Part shown: piece by piece, positions 26,962 through 34,644 of the stretch | How positions within the stretch are numbered: the first letter of the stretch is position 1 | Layout: each line of letters begins with the position of its first letter | IMG/VR virus record: IMGVR_UViG_3300020045_001097 | Coordinates: 1-35,392 of that record | From: a virus | Taxonomy: Duplodnaviria; Caudoviricetes | Direction: 5' to 3' (one strand) | Length of the DNA: 35,392 nt | The notes under the pieces: model-generated | Told to the model about the DNA's origin: nothing | The model's database searches: none | What the model saw: only the letters and a program-made list of their open reading frames with translations | Position numbers and translations under genes: made by a program

Positions 26962-27949
26962 TTTTCATTCCTTTTACAACTTCTGCTTGTACGATATGAT
27001 CGTGAGGGCGAACGGTTTTATCCATACGCTTAAGCTCAGTCTTCAGCAAAGCGGCAACAATCTCGCCGTCCCAACCAGTCTGGCTAAAAACGTTCTTAAG
27101 AATCTGCAGTGCTATGTCCTTGTCACCCTTGTCGATGGTCTCTTGGACAAGAGATTGGGCTTCAGCTGCAGTCGCAGCCTTCATGGACTTTACCTGAGTA
27201 TCCCACTTACAACCGTTGACATAGGATTGAAACTGACCCCCTGAACTGTTGATCTTAATTGCGATGTTGACGAGATGATAGATTACCTTGCGACGATTGA
27301 CATGTGTAAGCCAAAGGTTAGAAGGTGTGCGGTACTCTACGCCGTATGGCTTAGGGCGGAACGCACCTGCCTTACCATACAACTCACGACGACGAGGATC
27401 GGTATCGATCAATGTCATGAACATACCTACTGTAGCATCCATGCACTTGATAAAGTCACAGCAAATATCAATATGGTTAGGATGCTCTACAGGAATGTCT
27501 GCCCCCCAACCTACGTGAATGTGGCCGCTGGCCGTACGAAAGGTAACGTCGCCGTCAGGGCGTGGATTAGGGGCTTTGGTATATGCACTCCAGTCAGGGT
27601 CACAGCCAAGCTCCTTGGCCTCTTCAGGCTGCTGTGCCATGATCTCTTCGCCAAAGTCCTGCACAGGTACGATGTTAAATCGAGCGGACTTGTAACCAGC
27701 TGCCTTAACGTCTTCTTTAAGACGCTTGATAACTGTTGTGATGTTGCGATTGAATACATCAAATTGGTTTTTAACAGGAACAGGATCGGTATTGAACTCA
27801 AGAGCCATACCATCTACTTGGTAGGCTCCGTTCTCAACTTTAAACGGTTCCTTCTTAGTTCCTTGTACGACACCATACGCGCTCATAGGTGAGCCATCAC
27901 GCTTGATAAGGAACAGTTCTGGATCACAACCAATAGTAAAAGCAGTCAT
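26954..27949 (-). CDS. phiEco32-like COOH-NH2 ligase type 2
   Basis: TIGCDPELF, QVDGMALEFN, LGCDPD, RTASGHIHVG, RRELYGKAGAFRPKPYGVEYRTPSN. Confidence 0.9.
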   Translation of the reverse strand: MTAFTIGCDPELFLIKRDGSPMSAYGVVQGTKKEPFKVENGAYQVDGMALEFNTDPVPVKNQFDVFNRNITTVIKRLKEDVKAAGYKSARFNIVPVQDFGEEIMAQQPEEAKELGCDPDWSAYTKAPNPRPDGDVTFRTASGHIHVGWGADIPVEHPNHIDICCDFIKCMDATVGMFMTLIDTDPRRRELYGKAGAFRPKPYGVEYRTPSNLWLTHVNRRKVIYHLVNIAIKINSSGGQFQSYVNGCKWDTQVKSMKAATAAEAQSLVQETIDKGDKDIALQILKNVFSQTGWDGEIVAALLKTELKRMDKTVRPHDHIVQAEVVKGMKIA

Positions 27950-27960
27950 GGGGTTTCCTT

Positions 27961-29322
27961 TTAGTTATAGCCAGATGCTACAAGCATCGGGTTGGGTTCA
28001 ATGCAAGTGTTGCAGATAAAAGTTATTTGATCGGGTTTAAAAGGTCGATCATCCGAGTGAACAAAGATTTCGTTAACGTCTGTAACGTCTCCGATAGGTT
28101 TCTTACAGAAAGTACAGCAACCACCTGTGAGTTGATCGAAGCGCGCTTCTGCGAGCTCAAGGCCTGTCTTATTGTCCGTGATGAACGGTATGTTCGCGAG
28201 GGTACGAAAGGATACTTTCGGCTTTTCGTAACTCTCCGTAATCTCGCTGCATTTTTTTGCAGTGTTTACGTTGTTTACCGGCGGAGAGTCGTTTGAAGTC
28301 TTCGATACCAAGGATAGCTTTGGACGCTGCCCATTTTTCCCATCGTTCAAGTCCGTCGACAAAGCCGTATTTGGTTGTGATAAACTCGCAGGCTTGTCGA
28401 CGGTAGAAACTATAGGTGTCGACTCTGCCGGAGTCTGAGTGATCGGAGGTAGAAGTGACTGGAGCTTTTGGGGCAGTGGGTCGTCGAGCAAATCGTTCTT
28501 TAGGAAAGGGCTGGGCACTGAACCCCCGTTATTTCCACCATTGCCAAGGTTGCTTTTCTGTTGCCAGTTTCCCGAGTACTTTCGCACCTCCCCTTTTACG
28601 TCATTTGTAACCTTAACAGAGAAGATTTCGCTAGGCTTAGTCTTGCTGGCATCGATGGTGAATGATAGATGCGTCTCGATAGGAAGCTCATAGAACTTCT
28701 TACCTTCACTGTCAACATGTAATTCAATACCACGACGAGTAGCAGCAGAGAAGAACCAAGGTTCACTAGCCCACAACATAGCTGTCTGGTCTTTAGTATA
28801 AGCAAACCACAGAGGACGACGCTCATTGCGTAGGAAGTTAAGCGTCTTGGCCTTGTTGTCCCAATAGACTAGTGCCCAAGCACCTTCATTGTCCAACTGA
28901 GAGATAGTGTCCTTAAGACCATACTCATTGATATGCCAGTACAACCACTCGCTATCCACATCGAAGTCCCGCGCGCGTTCCATCGTATAATGCGAACGAA
29001 GAGTACCGTTATGGACACCAATGGTATCAGAGAACTCGAAAGGGTGGGCGTTGGCAACAATGTTCTCACCGATAGTCTTGGCGCGGCAGTGACCGATGAA
29101 AGCCTTAGCACCAAACGTCTCAATCTCCTTGTCATAGAAGCGAGTCTCCATAAGGAAGTTAGGAGTACCCAATGACTTCTTCCATTTGTAACCTCCTGCG
29201 GAGTTTACTCGTACAACACCAGTAGCGTCTGTACCACGAACCTGATTGACTGTAAGCATATCTCGGAAGGCGAGCATTAGCTTTGTGTCAATCTTACCGG
29301 CTACTCCTACAATGCCACACAT
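27961..29322 (-). CDS. Class II (Ntn) glutamine amidotransferase with C-terminal zinc ribbon
   Basis: MCGIVG, RGTDATG, IGHCRAKT, NAHPF, GVHNGTL, VDSE, RNERRPL; CTFC...CNTC after a low-complexity linker. Confidence 0.9.
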   Translation of the reverse strand: MCGIVGVAGKIDTKLMLAFRDMLTVNQVRGTDATGVVRVNSAGGYKWKKSLGTPNFLMETRFYDKEIETFGAKAFIGHCRAKTIGENIVANAHPFEFSDTIGVHNGTLRSHYTMERARDFDVDSEWLYWHINEYGLKDTISQLDNEGAWALVYWDNKAKTLNFLRNERRPLWFAYTKDQTAMLWASEPWFFSAATRRGIELHVDSEGKKFYELPIETHLSFTIDASKTKPSEIFSVKVTNDVKGEVRKYSGNWQQKSNLGNGGNNGGSVPSPFLKNDLLDDPLPQKLQSLLPPITQTPAESTPIVSTVDKPASLSQPNTALSTDLNDGKNGQRPKLSLVSKTSNDSPPVNNVNTAKKCSEITESYEKPKVSFRTLANIPFITDNKTGLELAEARFDQLTGGCCTFCKKPIGDVTDVNEIFVHSDDRPFKPDQITFICNTCIEPNPMLVASGYN

Positions 29323-29702
29323 TAGACAATAACCTTCTTCTTGACGATAACATCAATTTCTTCAATCGGAACAGGAACAAGCTTGTAAACGAAAGGGTAT
29401 CGTCCATCTTGTAGAGCTTCGTTCATATCCTCTTTATTACGAATAGGCATAGTATGTTGAGGAACCATACCGACACGAAGAGCCCTGTCGTATCGTACAA
29501 ACAGTTCAGGGTCGGGAGGAGTTAAGATAGATTTAGTGTAATCCTGCTTATTTAGAACGCCGCCAATTCCATCTTGATTGCGCACAGATACAGAACCATT
29601 TGGGTGAAGTAGCTCGACTACACAATTTTGCCAGTCACCGGCCCAAATACGGTCTATATGGGCGCTTACAATGTCACCTATTTTAACGTTAATTTCACTC
29701 AT
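29322..29702 (-). CDS. Hypothetical protein
   Basis: VKIGDIV SH3-like start; TAATG coupling to the amidotransferase. Confidence 0.6.
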   Translation of the reverse strand: MSEINVKIGDIVSAHIDRIWAGDWQNCVVELLHPNGSVSVRNQDGIGGVLNKQDYTKSILTPPDPELFVRYDRALRVGMVPQHTMPIRNKEDMNEALQDGRYPFVYKLVPVPIEEIDVIVKKKVIV

Positions 29703-29714
29703 GTCATTTTTCCC

Positions 29715-29743
29715 TTGACAACTCGTACAAAAGGTGATATAAT
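29715..29743 (+). promoter_or_regulatory. Perfect-consensus sigma70 promoter oriented antisense to the local genes
   Basis: TTGACA (29715-29720)-17 nt-TATAAT (29738-29743) with TGn extension. Confidence 0.8.
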
Positions 29744-29837
29744 CCTTATATAGAGTAGCTTCTAAAAGATAGTTTATGAAAATAGTAATTAACTATTCCT
29801 ATTAACTACCTTCTATAAGAATACTCTGTATATAAGG
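29744..29837 (-). repeat. 94-nt AT-rich imperfect inverted repeat / long hairpin
   Basis: CCTTATATA...TATATAAGG arms; inner stems TAGAAGGTAGTT/AACTATCTTTTA and GGAATAGT/ACTATTTT pair fully only on the - strand via G-U. Confidence 0.75.
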
Positions 29838-29849
29838 CCAAAACTATGT

Positions 29850-30593
29850 TTAAGCTACTTCACCCTCTAATTCTTCCGTACGAACAACAGGACCAACATG
29901 ATCCCACTCCATCATCAAATCAAAGAGCTTAGTCATTGTCCATGACCGATACTCTTCAGAGCCAATTTCAGGATGGCCTTGTACGAAGAAGCATTGCGTC
30001 ATTGGATAACAACCTGCTTCGACCTCAAGCTCTACATGAGCATCATCCCCTGTACGAGCTACATACATGGTTTTAGTATCCGTCTCGAACTTGGTTGCTA
30101 CTTGCTCGTTAGTGCAGGCAATAAGTTCCATCTTGTCGTGATAGATTAGCATCTGGTGATGAAGTGAAGTTGCTGTTACATAGACATCTTCATCAATGTC
30201 ATAGATAACATGGTCTGAACCAGCGTGGTTATTGACGTTCTGCCAGAGCTTACCACCGTTCATAGCGTGTAGGAATTGGGCACCACGGCAGATACCAAAG
30301 CATACCTTATTAAGGTCTTGAGCTTTCTTATAGAAGAACTGCTCTTGGAAGTCACGCTCGTCTGTCCAATACGATGTACGATGTGGCTTCTCGTCGTACA
30401 AGGAAGGGTTGATATCTTCACCACCGATAAAGACAACAACATCTGCTTCCTCTACCGTGTCAGCCTTCTGGAAGCCCGCCTCAGCCATCAAACCAACACA
30501 TGCGCCATAGAAGGCACCCGGAAGTACGAAGGCCTTCATGTCCTTGCAATTAGGCATTGAACGGTTGGTCCAAGCTTTAGTAATAGAAGCCAT
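29850..30593 (-). CDS. Class I glutamine amidotransferase / peptidase C26-like gamma-glutamyl hydrolase
   Basis: GGEDINPSLY, FGICRGAQ nucleophile elbow, SLHHQ, QGHPE (Cys-His-Glu triad). Confidence 0.9.
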   Translation of the reverse strand: MASITKAWTNRSMPNCKDMKAFVLPGAFYGACVGLMAEAGFQKADTVEEADVVVFIGGEDINPSLYDEKPHRTSYWTDERDFQEQFFYKKAQDLNKVCFGICRGAQFLHAMNGGKLWQNVNNHAGSDHVIYDIDEDVYVTATSLHHQMLIYHDKMELIACTNEQVATKFETDTKTMYVARTGDDAHVELEVEAGCYPMTQCFFVQGHPEIGSEEYRSWTMTKLFDLMMEWDHVGPVVRTEELEGEVA

Positions 30594-30802
30594 TATAGTT
30601 CAATCCTTTTTGTAATCCTGTTAACTTCAGGGTTGTGACCATTTACTCCACCTTCAAATTTAAAGAGTACATCGTACCTACGCTGACGAAGTTCTGCGGA
30701 CAGCATAGCAACAGTCGCTAGATGAGTACGAATAGCTCCCGCTAGGTCTTTATCAGACCATGAAGGGAAGGGATTATCGGATGCTTCAGTGTATTGCATC
30801 AT
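30593..30802 (-). CDS. Hypothetical protein
   Basis: RBS GAGGAG before ATG 30802; TAATG coupling to the next gene. Confidence 0.6.
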   Translation of the reverse strand: MMQYTEASDNPFPSWSDKDLAGAIRTHLATVAMLSAELRQRRYDVLFKFEGGVNGHNPEVNRITKRIEL

Positions 30803-31796
30803 TAAAATCTCCTCTGGCAAACAGATAAGGAATGATCACGTCGAACAGTTCCCCGTAAGTAACATCAGTTGGGCTTGGAGATGGTTGTCCGTATAGCCTA
30901 CGTGCAAATGGATTTACGATTGCAGTAATTTTATTACTGTCTCCACGATGCTCTTTCAGCATATTTTTAAATGCAGTGTCTTTTAGTAGTAGATCAGAAG
31001 CAAAACTACCCTGACCTCCTACGTTACATGTGTGGAACAGACTAGAAGTCCCGTCTGTTGAAGACAAGTCTGTGTATAACGGACTTGTCTGTTTAAGTCC
31101 TGTCGCGTTACCTGTAATGAAGTTCGTGAAGTCTTCCATGTTCTTGAACAATGGCATTACGCGGTGATTGTATTTTGGAACTACAACGGCTGTGAGAGGC
31201 TTAACACCGTAATCAGTGTTACACCCAAAGGCTACGTTAAAGGCTACTGGGTAGGCTACTGAACCGGGAATACCGACAGCTCGAAGTCTATTAAATACCT
31301 CGAACGATTCGGGACAAACCTCGTAGAAGTGCCTCGAAAGAATCATGATAGATTGCAAGATACCTGAAGGCAGTGCTGTTGACACAACAAACCCGCGCTC
31401 TACGCTATCCTTATCGTCACGATTTAGAATGAACCGACCAAAGACAGACTCGTACACAACCCAATCGAAGAAAGGTTGCATAAGTTCCGCTGTCTTACCC
31501 TCATAAGGTTTCCATGCGGCATCACTATTGTAACGACGATATGATTTGGTACTGTGTCGATTTTCTGGGTGAAGGTACGCTTCCGTGACAATTAGAGGTG
31601 TTTTATTGCGTCCGTATCCGATTGCAGCGTGACAGGCCTGAGTAATATAATCGTATGTCTCGTCAGCTACAAACGCAAAGTTAGCTGTCATAGAGAAAGG
31701 TTTACTCTTCTCAGTGTTGTCAATAAGCCACTTCTTAGCCCTCTCTAGTTGACTGTCAGTGTGTGTTGGGGTGTACGTGTAGTCATTTATCTGCAT
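30786..31796 (-). CDS. Hypothetical protein (~336 aa)
   Basis: Long ORF; start re-called at ATG 31796 (RBS AAGGG); no recognised motif. Confidence 0.65.
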   Translation of the reverse strand: MQINDYTYTPTHTDSQLERAKKWLIDNTEKSKPFSMTANFAFVADETYDYITQACHAAIGYGRNKTPLIVTEAYLHPENRHSTKSYRRYNSDAAWKPYEGKTAELMQPFFDWVVYESVFGRFILNRDDKDSVERGFVVSTALPSGILQSIMILSRHFYEVCPESFEVFNRLRAVGIPGSVAYPVAFNVAFGCNTDYGVKPLTAVVVPKYNHRVMPLFKNMEDFTNFITGNATGLKQTSPLYTDLSSTDGTSSLFHTCNVGGQGSFASDLLLKDTAFKNMLKEHRGDSNKITAIVNPFARRLYGQPSPSPTDVTYGELFDVIIPYLFARGDFNDAIH

Positions 31797-31809
31797 GAGA
31801 GTGTCCCTT

Positions 31810-32400
31810 TTAAATGTCTTCCCAAGTAATCGAACCATCTGAGAATACTGTACGCCGCTCAATACGTCGGACCAGAGGGTGTGCGTCACGTACCTCTAAA
31901 GCACTAGAATACGGGCGTCCCCGACCACTTTCGCGGAAATTAGGGAAGTATTCCACAAGGATTTCCCGCACTTCAGCACGGACAGGTGGACCGGGGACTT
32001 CTACTTCACGTACAGTAACACGGGCGGGTTGTGGGTGGTCGCCGTACAGGGTGAGAGCAGGATGGTGATAGAACACATGACAAATGTTGTCAGAGTTGCT
32101 GTTGAGGAATGATGCAACCTTCTTGAAACCTAGCTCAGCGAGAGCCTCAGGCCAGCCGTTAGTCATTTGGTTATCCGTCAAGATAACCTCTTTCACACGA
32201 CCGTTATTCAGGAGGTCATCTTCTTCTTCGTCAACTTCTCCAATAACCTCTTCATCCCAGTTGGCCATAGCCAATATGAGAGCCTGAAGAGATGTTAAAT
32301 TGGTTGTGTTGGCAAAGTAGGTGCTGGCAGCAGGGCCTGAACCCATACCGTAGATATGCTTAACACCGCAACATTCACCGCCATGATGGTTAGTGCGCAT
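31810..32400 (-). CDS. Hypothetical protein with N-terminal His/Cys cluster
   Basis: HHGGECCGVKHI; ATG directly follows the upstream stop codon. Confidence 0.65.
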   Translation of the reverse strand: MRTNHHGGECCGVKHIYGMGSGPAASTYFANTTNLTSLQALILAMANWDEEVIGEVDEEEDDLLNNGRVKEVILTDNQMTNGWPEALAELGFKKVASFLNSNSDNICHVFYHHPALTLYGDHPQPARVTVREVEVPGPPVRAEVREILVEYFPNFRESGRGRPYSSALEVRDAHPLVRRIERRTVFSDGSITWEDI

Positions 32401-32613
32401 TTAATTAACCTTTCCAGCCCAAGTATCGTAAACAATAACCAGTACTTGTGAGGCCACTAGAAATACTGGAAACATGAAGATGGTCATCCAGAATGGGATA
32501 GCATCTACAATCCAAGCCTCAAGAAACATCTTGTTGATGAACATGCAGAGCACGAACACCGACAGCATTATGATAGATGTTCCCACTTTACGGAGAAGCG
32601 TAATCGTACTCAT
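32401..32613 (-). CDS. Small two-TM membrane protein
   Basis: Two hydrophobic helices; ATGA overlap; RBS AAGGA. Confidence 0.65.
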   Translation of the reverse strand: MSTITLLRKVGTSIIMLSVFVLCMFINKMFLEAWIVDAIPFWMTIFMFPVFLVASQVLVIVYDTWAGKVN

Positions 32614-32906
32614 GCTTTAATTCCTTCGAGTTCACGTTTCTTTTCTACTTCTTTGCCTTCGATTTCCTCACCGGGGGTAACCTTGACAAAGCGATGGGCT
32701 GCCCACTCATATTTATTATCGTTGTTAGGTGGACCATCCTTAAGACGTAGAGCTAATACTGAATGTTCTATGTTGCCGAAGGTACGTGTTAACACTCCTG
32801 ACACAGTATAAAGAGCACCTGCTTTAGGCGTCTCTTTAGCAGGTGTTACAAGTGTCCCTCCCTTAACACACAGGGCTAAGTCTCCGGGTTCCCAGTTCTT
32901 GCTCAT
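32610..32906 (-). CDS. Hypothetical protein
   Basis: WEPGDLALCV start motif; ATGA overlap with the upstream 52-aa ORF. Confidence 0.65.
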   Translation of the reverse strand: MSKNWEPGDLALCVKGGTLVTPAKETPKAGALYTVSGVLTRTFGNIEHSVLALRLKDGPPNNDNKYEWAAHRFVKVTPGEEIEGKEVEKKRELEGIKA

Positions 32907-33061
32907 TGTGTCAGAGCTTCTTGGAAGTACATGAGAGTGCCTGGAATATTCACAAGGACACATATCACTTGAATGAATATGATTGCTTTAGGAGGGTTGG
33001 GCAAGTCCAATGTCACAAGCAACACGAACATACAGAAGATCAAAGATGCAACAGAAAGCAT
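32903..33061 (-). CDS. 52-aa two-TM membrane peptide (not in ORF track)
   Basis: MLSVASLIFCMFVLLVTLDLPNPPKAIIFIQVICVLVNIPGTLMYFQEALTQ; RBS AAGGG; fills the gap exactly. Confidence 0.55.
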   Translation of the reverse strand: MLSVASLIFCMFVLLVTLDLPNPPKAIIFIQVICVLVNIPGTLMYFQEALTQ

Positions 33062-33063
33062 GT

Positions 33064-33285
33064 TTAAACCCTTTTTGAAATGGTTTCACGTCTAACATAG
33101 ATAGTTAGTGGATCAGTGCAGACATCGGTCCTACCGTCACTAATAGCCGATAGTAAATCACTGACAGTCCACTCTTTGTCGTCATCCACTATAACAACAA
33201 AGGACGTTCGAGTTAATCCACGAGGTATACAACCTAATGAATTCCCTTGAACGTCGTAATATTCATGCCGCTTTGACGTGGACAT
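33064..33285 (-). CDS. Hypothetical protein
   Basis: C-terminal 73 aa of the ORF-track frame; start uncertain. Confidence 0.45.
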   Translation of the reverse strand: MSTSKRHEYYDVQGNSLGCIPRGLTRTSFVVIVDDDKEWTVSDLLSAISDGRTDVCTDPLTIYVRRETISKRV

Positions 33286-33424
33286 GACGACCATCGCCTT
33301 GAATGACTTCAATAGAAGGTTCCCGTACAAGGTGAGGGGACTTAACCAAGCCAATGTCAGCCATACGCTGACCGAGTGAGGTAGGACGGAAGGTGAAGTC
33401 GGAAGAACGGAATGCTTTAGCCAT
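33263..33424 (-). CDS. 53-aa hypothetical protein (not in ORF track)
   Basis: MAKAFRSSDFTFRPTSLGQRMADIGLVKSPHLVREPSIEVIQGDGRHVHVKAA; RBS GGAG; codon usage like other phage genes. Confidence 0.6.
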   Translation of the reverse strand: MAKAFRSSDFTFRPTSLGQRMADIGLVKSPHLVREPSIEVIQGDGRHVHVKAA

Positions 33425-33440
33425 GATAGATTACTCCGTG

Positions 33441-33498
33441 TAATCCTACAGAAGCGTAGGTGGAAGGGGACAGAATGAACCATCCCCTAACATCTGCA
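33441..33498 (-). ncRNA. Two-hairpin RNA motif, copy A
   Basis: UGCA-G-AUGUUA-GGGGAUGG/CUGUCCCC-UUCCA-CCUACG/UGUAGG-AUUA. Confidence 0.6.
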
Positions 33499-33504
33499 CT
33501 CTAG

Positions 33505-34083
33505 TTAGGCAGCAATACCCCATGAAGACGACGCAAGAACCTCGTCAGCAAGGGCAGTCATGCCATCGGTTACAGGTGTTGGCACAACCTTGCCACGGTC
33601 AGCAGCAGCCATGCGGAAGGCAGCGATATCATTAAGGACATCATCGAAGTCACCACACTCACCGGCCTTGATTTTGTCCTCGTACTTCTTCAGCACCTTC
33701 TGAAGGTCCGTACGGAAAGAATTAAGGTTGAATGCCTTAGGCGGAGCCTTCTCCTTACCGTAGTCAAGCCAATGGGTCAGCTCTGCTCCTTCGAGATTGA
33801 AGTCATTGAAAGTCTTGGCGTCACGCTCGGCGAACTTATACTTGTCGTCCTTAAGAGTCTTGCCAAGCGTTACCTTGATAGGTGAGAAGGCGGCAAAGTA
33901 GTTGACCATCTGCGATTGCTCACGCTTGCCGAGAGCACGAGTTAGGTACAGAGCACGAGAGCAGTCGCCATGCTCCTTGGCATGACGGATGATTGCAAGA
34001 GCAAGGGCTTGGGTGTTCTTGTTGTAGTTAGCACGTGATACACGAATGCCACGAATGCCAGAGTCGATTTGATTAAGAAGCAT
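33505..34083 (-). CDS. Conserved-looking early phage protein
   Basis: IIRHAKEHGDCSRA pattern; RBS GGAG before ATG 34083. Confidence 0.7.
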   Translation of the reverse strand: MLLNQIDSGIRGIRVSRANYNKNTQALALAIIRHAKEHGDCSRALYLTRALGKREQSQMVNYFAAFSPIKVTLGKTLKDDKYKFAERDAKTFNDFNLEGAELTHWLDYGKEKAPPKAFNLNSFRTDLQKVLKKYEDKIKAGECGDFDDVLNDIAAFRMAAADRGKVVPTPVTDGMTALADEVLASSSWGIAA

Positions 34084-34132
34084 GGTTAGTCTCCAGTTCC
34101 GCACCTTGCGGTGCTACGTGGCAAAGCCACTT

Positions 34133-34199
34133 TAATCCTGCATGATTACAGGTGGAAGGGCGCGCTATGATAGATTATAGACACGCCCTAACATTTGCA
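34133..34199 (-). ncRNA. Two-hairpin RNA motif, copy B
   Basis: UGCA-A-AUGUUA-GGGCGUG/CGCGCCC-UUCCA-CCUGUA/UGCAGG-AUUA; compensatory changes relative to copy A. Confidence 0.6.
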
Positions 34200-34200
34200 A

Positions 34201-34389
34201 TCAAGCTACAACGTTAGGTGTGTTATGGTTAACACGGTAGTTTCGTACAGGGAAGGATGGGCCAAGCTTCTCATTCATGTAAACATGGTTGAGGTGAGCA
34301 CGCATGGCGTCTTCAGTTGTCACACCCTGATTGATAAGGGACTCACGCAGAGAAAAGCAAGGGCGGCATGGTTTACTAAGTTGGCTCAT
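34201..34389 (-). CDS. 62-aa early hypothetical protein
   Basis: RBS GGAG, ATGA overlap; contains CRPC. Confidence 0.55.
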   Translation of the reverse strand: MSQLSKPCRPCFSLRESLINQGVTTEDAMRAHLNHVYMNEKLGPSFPVRNYRVNHNTPNVVA

Positions 34390-34481
34390 GATGTGTACTC
34401 CACAATGACGCCTAACAGCCATAGAACAGCTAGGCAGATGAATGTTAAGGTGAATGTTTGCTTGATTGTTAATTCATCCAT
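34386..34481 (-). CDS. 31-aa single-TM peptide (not in ORF track)
   Basis: MDELTIKQTFTLTFICLAVLWLLGVIVEYTS; ATG 1 nt after the upstream stop, ATGA overlap downstream. Confidence 0.5.
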   Translation of the reverse strand: MDELTIKQTFTLTFICLAVLWLLGVIVEYTS

Positions 34482-34482
34482 G

Positions 34483-34632
34483 TCACACACTCATTGCTAT
34501 GATACGTCCACAATTCATGACCTGCCCGCTTGGCATACGGTTGAATTGTAGAACACAACGGCGGTACTTACCAGCACGTTTGATAGTTCGTACAGAGTAT
34601 GGAATGCGGTGTTCTTTATCGTAATGTTGCAT
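34483..34632 (-). CDS. 49-aa basic early protein (not in ORF track)
   Basis: MQHYDKEHRIPYSVRTIKRAGKYRRCVLQFNRMPSGQVMNCGRIIAMSV; RBS AGGGA. Confidence 0.5.
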   Translation of the reverse strand: MQHYDKEHRIPYSVRTIKRAGKYRRCVLQFNRMPSGQVMNCGRIIAMSV

Positions 34633-34644
34633 AGGTTAATTCCC

